From Phoronis australis (lineage: Eukaryota > Animalia > Phoronida), in contig NMRA01000381.1 in the NCBI GenBank assembly GCA_002633005.1, positions 245,057-309,056 on the forward strand: a stretch of DNA of 64,000 nt. The letters run 5' to 3'. This document shows positions 11,765 through 23,212 of the stretch, one piece after another. The position numbers and the translations under genes are program-made. Under the pieces are notes generated by a model, which saw only the letters and a list, made by a program, of their open reading frames with translations, made no database searches and was not told the DNA's origin. Positions within the stretch are counted from its first letter, which is position 1. Every line of letters starts with the position of its first letter.

Positions 11765-14700
11765 CCTGGATGTATTATACCATGAACAGAATCCTAGGTT
11801 GACACTCTCTTTGGTCAAGATTGGACCAGTTTGCATACTTCAGAATCTTCTTCAGTGATTAAAGACACCATGCTGTTGTAGTTAACTACATTGTCTCAGG
11901 CAGTTGGTGTTATGGTTCTCTAGATAATGATATTTTTAAAAGTTTTCAAATAAAGCATTTGAATAGATCTTGTGAAAAGTACACGTGATTAGGTTTTTGA
12001 ATTTTGAAAATTGGATAAGAAATGTGCAGATAATCTATCTTCTGTTGGCGACTGCCTTACGGCACTTCTTGATATTTGCGCCCATGTTTTCTGATCAATG
12101 AATTTAATGAAATCAGTTTGCTGGTCATTACGTCATAAATTTGCAAATACCGGTTGACATTATTCATTTTGAATGCTCCCCATAATAGATGCAGTTAATG
12201 CAAATACAAATTATGCATGTAAATCAAATAATTGCAATTTATTACTAGGTTTCCACTATTCACGCAAAATCATTCTAGTTTCTCTACAAAAGACAAGAGT
12301 TGGGCTAATTGCTTAGTATCATGTCACCAAGGTGTGGAAACTGTCGGTGTAAGGGCCTCTGAGTTCCAGTTACAATCCCCTAAAACCTAGTCCTGGACCA
12401 GCTAGCACCAACCAAATCCCCATGGCACCGAAAAAGCTCCACACACGATGACCAGGTTCCGGGAGCCAGACTCCAAAGTCACGCTTTCATATGCTAGCTG
12501 CGAATTAGGGCCGGGTACAGCCATGGAATCTAGTAGTCTTTGGGTTTGGTCATTGAACATTTTCGGTGCTTTTGTGGAGTTAGGGGTGCAAATCTGCGGA
12601 TTTTTACCTCGGATTTGGTGACTTCGGGTCCGAAATTGAAGTTTATGGGAAAGCAGTTTTTCCAGACGTGCTATCGTGGAATTGTTTCCACCCCTTGGTT
12701 GTGTAAACAACAAAATCGTTACCACAGTTAGTTCAGTTACAATCAGCCAACCGATACAGACAAGACGACTTCTAGATGCATGGCATGATATGGCTCGTGA
12801 ATTATGTGTAATACCATTATATGCACTGAAAGTGAGTGCCCCTCAGATATTTAAAGAGCTTGTTGAAATGAGAACGATGTAGCCTGATTTTGTGTAACAT
12901 TTGTAGTCATGGTTTCCAATGAAAACCACTTCCGTGACCGGCTAGTAGTGAATTATGCACTTCTGTTTGTCAAATGGAGTTGCAAGCTTTCCTTGATTCA
13001 TTGAAAATCAGTCAACGAAATGCCACAAGTCACTCTACTGATCATACACAGAATGTGAAGCACATAGCCCGGCCAAAAACACTGAGAAGAAACCAATTGC
13101 TGAATATCTAAACTGCAGTCAACCAAGTTTGAAAGTGTGTTCTTTTCTTTCACATTTGCATTTTTAATACTGTGATAATAACCTTATGCAAAAGATTAAG
13201 TCTTAGAAGATGGGAATGTGTTATCAAATGTGAAATAAGTGAAAGACAAGGACATCCAAGCTTCACGCAAACGGTGAGCTGCCGGTGAAGTGTGCCTCGA
13301 TACTGTGAATGGGGGCAACTGGAAATGTATGTCACGGACGCTCGCTCCCGACGCACAGTATCACAAGAATTGTTACCAAGGTTAGAATTCAGTTTGTTTT
13401 AAACCTTTGAAAAGCTTTTAAATTCTTGATTTTAATACAGGTAACATAAACGGAAGATATGATTGTGAGATGTAAGTTGCATTTCGCCCTGTTTAGCTGG
13501 CCAAAAACAAAAACCGAATTAGGAATTTTACTCTCAAAATATCGGTCTCATATATTGCTACCATCACAGTATTCCATTCCATTACAGAATTAAGTCACAG
13601 GGAATGTGTATATGTACCATTTACAATAAGGAATACTATGAGACCTGTTTATAACAGTCAGCTAAAAACGGGGTAAAATGCAGCTTACAATTCACGTTCT
13701 AACCCTAGTTATGACCATTTTATTATGGTTGGGGCTGAGGTACAGCAGCCTTATCACACTTGTGACGACGACAGACCGAGCAATGTAATTGACAAGATGC
13801 ACGGCAGCCAAAATGAGCAAATACGGACATCTGTACTGGCGTCTTTATCATTATGACAAGTATCTGGGGCAACTTTCCGACAAAGATGAAAAAAGAAACT
13901 CAACCCGGATGTTAAAAAAGAAACACAACCCGGATGTTTTTGTTGTTGGACAAAGATAATAACTTCAAGAAATTTATCCCATCCACCAGTAATCAAAAAA
14001 ATGTGTTTCTCGGCCGTAAAATCGGTGACGACACAAGGCTTATGGTTCATTAATCTCCAGTTAGTAAGTGATGTGTATCAAGAAATAATATTTAATTAAG
14101 AACGCTTAATTTATGCGGAAGATAACTTACATGGCGATGATGAGAAATTTAGTTGATAAAGTCACCTTTTCAATTCATTAAACGATCGAAACAAAAAGAC
14201 CAAAGGAAGCACACATTCAGAAGAATACAGATGGACTGTATTCTCTGGTTCTTTTCCGCAAAATAAAAACGTACATGAGTCGAGCGAATTTACAACCACT
14301 TAAAAAATTCCTATCAACTCTGAAATTTATAGAGCAATGGGGTTTTACGTGGCAGCTTGTACTGTGGATACGTACTTTACAATACTTCTGAAACTCAACA
14401 TGAAAATAATAACAAATATAATGTATAATGCAACTATCATTTCTTTTAACTCTGTTGATAACGTGTGTAGCAATAAAACGATAAAATCATAGTACTAGGG
14501 CTACTCAACAGGCCTGTAGGAAGGCCTCAGCTTCAGTGAATGTCTGGCAGACAATGGGGAGAATTGGAGATTTGTAATAAAACCACAAAACAAATGGATT
14601 TTGTTATTTTACAGCTTTAGTCAAAACTAACAGCTTCAAGAAGTTTATCTCATCCATTGTAGTAATTTCAAACTGTTTTTGGCCGTAAAAACGATAATGT

Positions 14701-15408
14701 CCTTTTAAGGTGAACCAAATGGACACGTCAGAACTAGCCTACGTACGTTAATGACTAGTTGGTACCAGAGCAGTATACGATACAGGGTGGGCATTGGCCG
14801 ATGGCCTCCCAGATGGGCTTGAGTTGAACAGCAAACATAACATAAAAATTGTCTGTTAATCTGTCGATGTTTGGAGATACATAAAATGTAAATCAGAAAC
14901 CAATGCAGGTTACCAGAAGAAAATAACCTTGACATGTCGAGCTGTCGCATGGCAACCCAATGTAGGGGAAAGGCACACCCAGCGCGTGCCTTTTGGGTTA
15001 CTGTGTGCTGGCATTTTTCGAATCCGTATTTCATTGTACGGAATTTTACTCATGGTTGCAAAAACTTGAAAGGTTACCGAGAAAGCAAGGGAGACGGTGC
15101 ATCCATTGGAGGTTTAACCCTCGCCCATGAAATTATTGGAATTTATTTATGTTAACCTGATTTCTTGTTCATTCCAGTTGTAGTCTGTAACGAATTAAAC
15201 TTGCACCCCAAGAATGGCAGACGACTTTTGCACATGTACTACGAACGGTTTAAAGTTACATTATCGGCGAAAAATTGGCCCCAGTGCTGATTCGAATGGG
15301 GAAGCTTCGCGTTCGCAGTAAAACGTTCTGCTGACGAGCTGAATCACACACTCGATAACTGATAAAGTATTTTATGCATATTAACTGATAAAGTCACTTT
15401 GATATTAA

Positions 15409-16753
15409 AGGAGAAGGCAACTTTTTTCATGTTATTTTTAGTAAATATACGGTTCGATCATTATCCCAGACATGTCTTTCAGTTAATAACGGCGTCCCTT
15501 AATTTTATTAATTCGTCGTGCCTTACTCCGGAAGTGACGTTTAGGGGGTTAAGAATTTCCCGCCATTTTGTTTTTATATATAGTCTGACTGTGTGAGCTG
15601 TCGAGTCAGTCATTATTTTACCTCGATTGTCGTCGTTTGCGTTGGTTTATGAGTACGCCAGTCAACATGCCGCCAGGTTGCGACTACCGGGTGTACTTAT
15701 TAATTATCGTCTCACGCGTATTTTGGATATGCCATTAAATCGCTTTCAGCTTGTATAAGCAGCCCTGCACTAACGATGTTGAGTAGTGGGAGTGAACACA
15801 GGCCCAGCTCGACACCCCGATGAAAATAGTTCATCGTCCAGTGAACAGGCCGGTGAGCCAAACTTTGATAAGTTATTGTGGACTTGACTAAAGTATTGGA
15901 GATATTTAAATGGTGGTAGATGTGTGGTAAAGGAGTCACACGGCGGGATATAAGCGGTTTCAGTGCCCAAGTCAAAATTGACCTATCGTTAGCTCCGCCC
16001 CCTTGCGTAATGTCGACTAACAAGCAATAAGTTTCACCCGGCAGCGTGTGGGTAAAATGGCGGCTTGGAAACGAAGGTGTGTCAAGAATGATGAGTTGTA
16101 AATCACTGTAAATCACTGAGTCAAAATCTTGGCGATAGGTCAGTTCTAGTGGGAACAGCACAGACATTCCATTGAGGTCGGCATAACGGTGCACACCGTG
16201 CACTGGCTTGCACCAAGAAGTCCCATCACGTCTGTCCTCGATCAGTCTATGCCTCATCTCTCTAAACAGCTGTCAGTGCATATTCTGCCTCACTATGATA
16301 CACGAGCTCAAACATTATCCACCTACTGACTGTTTTTGAAAAAAAAAATCCTCATCATCACTTATATGAACAATGTCTCCGTCACTCACGTCACCGTGTA
16401 TGTGACATGGGTCGCCAACTCCAGCCATTTTTAGGCGAACTAAACGATCCCTAAATCCAACGTAATTGAGTTCTTTAACAACCTAGCTTGTCATTGAATA
16501 CTCGTTAATGGGAAGTGATGATGACAATTTTAGGAAACCAGCACGAAAGCAACAGTGGAACAGATCCTCACTGTGAACTCGAACGCAGAAACAAAATGGC
16601 GAGAAATTCTTAACCCCCTAAACGTCACCTCCGGAGTAGGGCTCGACTAATTAATAAAATTACGGGAAGCCTTAATTGACTGAAAGATCATCTGAGATAA
16701 TTAACGAACCGTATTTTCAATGAAAATGACATGAAAATAGGTTTCCTTCTCCT
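15409..16753. mobile_element. Kolobok-like non-autonomous DNA transposon (1345 bp)
   Basis: TTAA at 15405-08 and 16754-57; termini AGGAGAAGG...CCTTCTCCT; imperfect TIRs of ~165 bp including ctccggaagtgacgtttagggggttaagaatttcccgccattttgtt. Confidence 0.85.
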
Positions 16754-18093
16754 TTAAACACCAGCATTGATTCCAGCAATCTAGCAGACATCGGCTATAA
16801 GAATTGCAGATTTTTTAACAAAATAAGAAAAACAAGTAATTTGGTTGTTTCATAGCTCTGGTCAAATGTCTATCCCATCCGATAATTTCCTAGAATTTCA
16901 TTTATTCCCAGTCTTCAAGGCCACAATGTCGTTAGACATGAGCACTGTAAACGGTCATCAAAACATTATACTCCGACAATCTGATCGAAATGTGCGAGTT
17001 TCCTACGAACAAGTCTTTCAACACCAACAATATATTCTTAGTTGAAATTCTTTAATCGTTATAAAACCATCGCTAATATTGCTTGCGTAATTAAAAAAGT
17101 AGTTGTCTTCAAATTCTTCATACTCCATGATTTCGAGTCTCACATTATTTGGATGTTGATGTTTTGATCTTGCAGTGAAGATGTTCTGTGGTTCTTTCGA
17201 CAAATTTGAAATTTTGGCTATACATTTCCTCTCGCGAATAGTTGACAGTGCCGGTTTTTATAGGGAGCAAGAAGATACCGTCTGATAAGAGTACCCTTAG
17301 CATGAAAATTGAAAAGAGCAACAGTCCTGGTGACCGTTCAAGAGGTGACCTTCCTTGGCATAAAAATGTTGCCGCGGTACGATTTCACAAATACAGACTA
17401 AGAGAGGTAACTCATTCCATCATTGTCAGCTTCTGTGAACGGCCACTTAAGAAGAAACGATAAAAATAAAGAAACAGGAAAATGATGGTTCATGGGTGCC
17501 ATCAATGGGATTCTAATCAAAGGCAGGTGTTCCTAAATATGGAATAAAATTTCAACAACAGGAAATCAACCGCACCCACTGAAATTAGGGCCATCTCCGT
17601 CAAGTTCCCAATTTATATGCGATTTCAAAAAAAAAAACAGAGAAGAGAGCGACATAACTAAACTCAGTACAGAGAAGGTTCCATGAAGAACTGTTTTTAT
17701 TGGTTTTGAAAATCATAATCAATTTGCTTTGGAAACTTGAATATGCCCCATAACACGTTAATTTTCAGGCCTTTTGAAGTTCATTGAAAGCACGTTTTCA
17801 AGTAAGTTTAAATAATCTATACCACAAAAAAGAAAAAATGGCGCCTAACGAGGGCACTTGTGAAGGGTAAATTCAGCACTTAATATGAACTAAGGCCTCT
17901 AAATGAGTTGCGGTGCGAACGGTACCGTGATTCCGGAGTCGTGGTGATAAGAAGGCCGGGCCAGAGTCTATTAAAGCGATGACCCGGTCAGGTCACGGCC
18001 TAGACACTGACTACCACCTCTAGCTCAGTGGCTACTGGGGCCATCTAGAGAGGTGGACACTGTCACTTAGTGACAGCCGACCTGGGTCAGCTA

Positions 18094-19173
18094 TGGAAGG
18101 CCTAAGCGGAAAACATCCAGGACACAAATTTACTATTCAAAGGTTTAATTCTCTTCAGGACAAGAAAAATACACTAGAAAACAAAATTCATCGCGCCAGA
18201 CTGTGACCTATAATTTATCGCGTCAGCGCACAAAATTTATCACACCAGGACATAAATTTCTTGACAGGAGAAAATTGCAAGCCAGGACAAAATTTCATGC
18301 CAGGGGACCACGTGGAAATGACGATCCGCCGCCGGTATTCAGTTAGTCTAGAGGGTCCAAGTGTACATTTGGCTTCTGTTGTAAAATGTGGAAGAGATGA
18401 CAGAAATTCAACCTCATTGTCACGATAATGTGATTGTTATCGGAGAGACTGTGTACCTATTACGTCATCTGTTTGAGGGTTCGCGGGCTAGTTGAGGATC
18501 ATGTCTTCCGGCATGCACTTTTCCTGACAGATCGCTGCCTTCCCTGCCTGTTCTACTGGTTCCACCTAGCGACACGCAGGGAACCAGCGAGTTCCTGTGC
18601 GAAATTTTCCTGAGGTGTGGAATTTTCCTGATTTGTGAAATTTTTTTAACGTAATACATTTTGGTCCTGGCGTGATAAATGTTGATCTTGAGTATATTTT
18701 TTCTGATTCTGCAGAGAACAGGACTTGGAATGACCAATGACAAAAAAGAGGAAAATTTTCCATGTGAGGTTACGTTCCACAAACTTTGTGGAACGTAACC
18801 TTGAATAACTAGCCTAGGCTTGTGTGATAGAAACATTTTTTGTGTTGTAAAATTTAATTGAATTAAACGTTTTTGCAAAATACTGATAAACAGAGACGAA
18901 AAAAGAGGAAGCTGGAAATCAAATAAGAAGAACTAAAACGAAATCAAAAAAGAGGAAATCCTCTTTAAAAAAACGAAAATTCCTAGCCCTGTGACAGAAT
19001 TCATTGATTCTCATTTGTGTAGAAAATTTGTGTCCTGGAATTTTTCCGATTTGGATTCCATACTTGCGCGATTAACTTTAGTTTTGAGTATATTTTCTAG
19101 TCCCGCAGAGAATTTATTTCTTGAATAGAAATTTTGTGTCCTGGTAGTTTTTTTCGCTTTCAGGGGCTTTCCA
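18094..19173. mobile_element. TA-flanked TIR element with subterminal repeats (unclassified MITE)
   Basis: TA|TGGAAGGCC..CCAGGACACAAATTTACTATTCAA at left and TTGAATAGAAATTTTGTGTCCTGG..GGCTTTCCA|TA at right (~90 bp imperfect TIR); extra partial right-end copies near 18660-18720 and 19021-19062. Confidence 0.75.
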
Positions 19174-19849
19174 TACATGTAGTAATGGGCCGGCGACTTT
19201 CCGCCGGGTCATTTCATGCGCCGAGCCTCGGGTTTCAAAGAATAACGAAATGTCATTTCTTTGCAATTAATCCAAAAATCACTCCTCATCTGAACAATAG
19301 GCTTAATGAGCTAAATGAGATTTATGTTATTGATCTGAATAAGCAACACTGAGTACAAACCAACAAAATATATACATAGGCCTTTGGCGATTGTAGCCGC
19401 TATAGTGGTAAGCCGCGGCCCGCCAGAATTTAACAAGTTGAATTCTTGGGACCGTGGGTTTGGGCCAGCTGAAAACGTCTCCCAGGAATGGTACATAGAC
19501 CTTCAGAGATAATATATTATCTAAATCCATGTTATATCACTTTACCAGGAACTGCGCTGCAAAGCTCAACCGGGCGCAATATTTTAGTAGCCAATGTAGT
19601 ATTGTCGCTTATTGTTGCGACCATTCATTGCATTCATAGATTGAAATGATCTCATTGGACGAAAGGATTTCTGAAAAAGAACACAACTTTCTATTGGTGG
19701 ATATCAAAATATAGGTCAAAAATACAAATGGTCGCGTGCATGTGTTAATCTCATGAAAATACATATGAAAATGGGCTACACGCATCCGGCTCGTGCTTGT
19801 ATTTTTTGACTGAGATCTTCCGAAGTCCGGTTGTGCACATAAAATTGAG

Positions 19850-20098
19850 ACCACCTTTTGTTACCAGGTGAGCTTAGACGTCTTAAATTTCTGTACTTCT
19901 ATCAGTTTTCTGTTTCAGTTCGAATGAACTTTGCTGAATTCTCGGATAGCTCACTTTTCACTAGTAGGCCTTCGTCTCAGTTTGTACAACCGGGATACAG
20001 TTACTCTCTGACAGTGATTAGTCTTTACCTATTGGCCGTTATCTCATTACTGCTATCCCTCTAAAGTTTGTGCTTCGAGTCACCGTGAGTAAGGAGAG
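19850..20098 (+). promoter_or_regulatory. Candidate GOGAT promoter and non-coding first exon
   Basis: TCAGTT initiator-like motifs (~19902, ~19915) and strong donors cacc|gtgagt (20085) and gag|gtaaag (20099) at the point where CpG-containing sequence gives way to CpG-poor sequence; coding exon 1 has an acceptor 8 nt before ATG, implying an upstream exon. Confidence 0.45.
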
Positions 20099-22785
20099 GT
20101 AAAGTACCGGTCCGGTTATCGCCGCGTTAAAGATTTCCCTTGTAACACTAATACGTGTTATGACAGTCATAGGCCTAATGCATAATGTATTGTATGTAGT
20201 GTAGCCTGTAGGCTATGTGTTTTAATTTTTGTAACATGTTTATTCGGATTCAGAATCGTAACAAATTTTGTCACTATCCAGAATCACTTTTGTGGGTGGC
20301 CTCTGCATGATTAGCCCCATACTGTTGAGTTGGTGAATAAACCACTCGTGTTTTGATAGACAAAAATTGACTTCTGTGAGGTTGATTTGAGGCTATACCC
20401 CATCTTTGGCATATTGCCAGGCAGCCACCCAGTCCCGTCTCTATCAGGATTCCAAACGGACATCTTTGCAGTTGGTGCCAAAGGCAGTCATGCATTACTG
20501 GATCACAAACTGCGACATGACCAACAAAAATGTAAAAGTAATGTGTATGTTTGATTACATAACAACACTCTTCATCTGTTGGCCTAATACTCAATAGATT
20601 TTTAAACAAACTGGGGCTTAATTACTTGTCACTGAGTTTTGATAGTACAATTTAAAAGTGATATCAAATTTGATTCCCGGTCATGTCTCTATTTTGTGTA
20701 AAATACCTATGGTGGCACTGATGTCATTGTCTGTAGTAGGGCATCTGTTATCAAATGCTGTTATTTATAAGTGAGTAGTTGCTTCTTTCAAATGTTATAT
20801 ATTTATTGGTACAGTTTTGGTCATGTTTAACTTTTTATAATGAAAATGTTATTGAGGATAAAACAAGTCTTGACTCCCCTCATTCATTAAAAATAACCTT
20901 CAGTGAAGATTCCCAAGAATTCCCCAGTCAAAGCTTGTTTTGTAGGGAAAGAAAGTAAAACAATAAGTTGTGTTAATTGTCTAATGAAGAGCTGTTTCTA
21001 AACGATGAGAATTGCATAAAAAAAATTAAAAGCTGTACAATATCTTCTGTACTTTGATATTTTATCCATGAGGTAAAAAAAACCCCGTTTAAACTCAAGA
21101 CGGCAGTGGTTTCTAAATCAAGGTTAATGAAGATATCCTGTGCTGTTTTGTCTAACAACAAGACTTGCAGGCCATGGTTCAAAGAGTTGCTAAAACCATT
21201 CATCAAAACGTACTAGAGAACTGGAACTAAAGGTATCTATTGCAGCAAGTGTAAAATTGATCCTAACTTAAAAACTTTTTATCAGGAATTCATAAAGTCA
21301 GATAGTTCCAATAATCACCAGTTTTAGTCTGTGATATACCAGTAATTCAGTTTATTTTAGCCAGTGCTTTATTGTTGTGAATGTGAAGCCATGGCTAATG
21401 GGGTAACTCCTCTGCTACACACAATAGGACCTTAGATCAGATTCCCTGGTGAGACAGGTCTCTTCCTAATAGCAGGAATTGTACAAGTCTAGTGATGAAA
21501 AAGTCTTGTGCCCCGTAAGAGCAGTTCCAATAGTTGCGCATGTGAAAAAATTGTGCTCTTGTAGATAGACAAAACATGGGTGGTGTGTTGAGTAGACGTT
21601 ACAATTGCAAGTTTATTCCATATTTTATGGTTTAAGGATTTGAAAATTTGAACAATACTGACTACTTCTCTGTACATGCAGACTCGTGATGAAATGTCGT
21701 AAATTTGACGACATGTTTGACATCTTTAAGTTCAGTGGATCTGGCATCCTAGTGGATATCAGTCCCACCTAGTGGTTGAGTTTGTGTAAACCAAAGGTGT
21801 AGGAGAGTGGCATGTCAATCAAGGTACTACATTACGCTAAAATTGCCTTATTTCTATCTTTCATAGGCTCACCACATTGTTGTTAATACTCGATATCTTA
21901 CTAAGTGTTATTTTGTAATGTCTACACCATGTGAACCATGCTTAAAGGAAAGTAAATTTTCCTGAACAGTTATTTTTGTTGAGAAATTTGACAAAATGTA
22001 AATTCACCTGCCCAGAATATTATGTCCCATTCAAAACTGACCTCATTCTTTGGGGAATAAAAATAAGTAAGTGATTTCTATTGTGTGGCTTAAGTAAACA
22101 AATCTAGTCAAAACTGGGTTTACTTAACAAAAGAGCAGCAAAAAGCATTCAATTTTACATTAATGATAAATTAGGTACACTCCAATGATACAGCCAACCA
22201 GGGCAGAACAAAACATAAACTTAATGACCATTCTCCATCTTTATTAATGAAAGCAGAAAAATGAATCAATTTGGGATACTTACAGCAGTGCATAACGAAA
22301 AAGTGTTTGTGGGTTATAAAAATATGTGGTTGACTTCACGTTTAGCTGAATGTATGCTCTGGTAGGTAAAAAAACCATCTCATTGTGAAATAAATTCTCC
22401 TTCCGAACATGAAGCTCTTATTTTGTTTCCCTCACTTATGTATTTTTCAGGTTGCCAAACGAAATCTGTTGTCGCCAAATCTGTTGTCTGGATCGTTGAC
22501 TGAAAAAACAAAGTCGTACTGTACCCCATTCTCAAAATCATATGCGTACCTGTTCAATTTCTCCTTGTAAATGTTGTGTACAGTCGTTCTTTAACTCAGT
22601 TCCTCATGGAATGCAGGCGATCCCATACATTGGTGTTGCGTGTTTCACCTTGCCCGATTTTTGCTGAACAATTCCACCTTCCGTCTCTTTACTTCCTGTT
22701 ATAATTTAAGCATGTGTTTGACGTGTGCTGGCTGCTGTGGTGGCAAATGCACTGATTTCATGAAATAAATTTTTGAATCAAAGTA

Positions 22786-23212
22786 CTGTGATTTTCTGAA
22801 GCCGATGGGCGTGTATTCGAAAAATGAAAATTTTCAGGCATTTCAGTAACACCAAATAAATGCCCGGGCTTTTATTCAGAAAAGGGGGAGGCGTGTAAAC
22901 AGAAAGTCATAGTCTTGACTAATATGAAAATATCAGCAATTTTTTTGCATAGAACTGTGCTTTTTAGTTTTAAGTTAATAATTACATAGTTCGCCAACAC
23001 TTTCTTAGTTATTATAACTGATAAATGCTCCACAAAACTGAATTTGTTGCTAAACGTTGATGCTGAGTGGAGGAAATTTTTCAAATAAACGCCTCACTAC
23101 CTGGAAACTTGACACTAGAAGTTGTAACACCAGATAAACGCCCATAGGCATGATTGTCCGAATAAACGGCCATGGGCGTTTCATCAGGTGGGCTTCTCTA
23201 CGGAAAACCCAG
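22786..23212. mobile_element. Degenerate TA-flanked Tc1/mariner-like MITE
   Basis: TA|CTGTGATTTTCTG ... CGGAAAACCCAG|TA with repeated ataaacgcc / ggcgt subterminal motifs. Confidence 0.45.

Noticed and set aside
11896-15160. Several weak inverted-repeat pairs (~11896-12060, ~12400-12600, ~13378-13706)
   Set aside because: TIRs too short or degenerate and TSDs not clear enough to call elements.
15325-15365. Hammerhead-like core (ctgacgag...cgataac)
   Set aside because: No GAAA and no convincing stems; other CTGATGA hits also lacked the fold.
15354-15395. GATA (GATAA) cluster as nitrogen-responsive regulation of GOGAT
   Set aside because: Common short motif in AT-rich DNA, produced by a small local duplication; the fungal analogy has no support here.
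15712-16257. 181 aa minus-strand ORF as a host gene
   Set aside because: It lies inside the TTAA-flanked element and the recognisable Cys motif needs a frameshift out of this frame.
18021-18060. tRNA gene or tRNA-derived SINE head
   Set aside because: A-box-like TAGCTCAGTGG only; no GTTCRA B-box and no cloverleaf.
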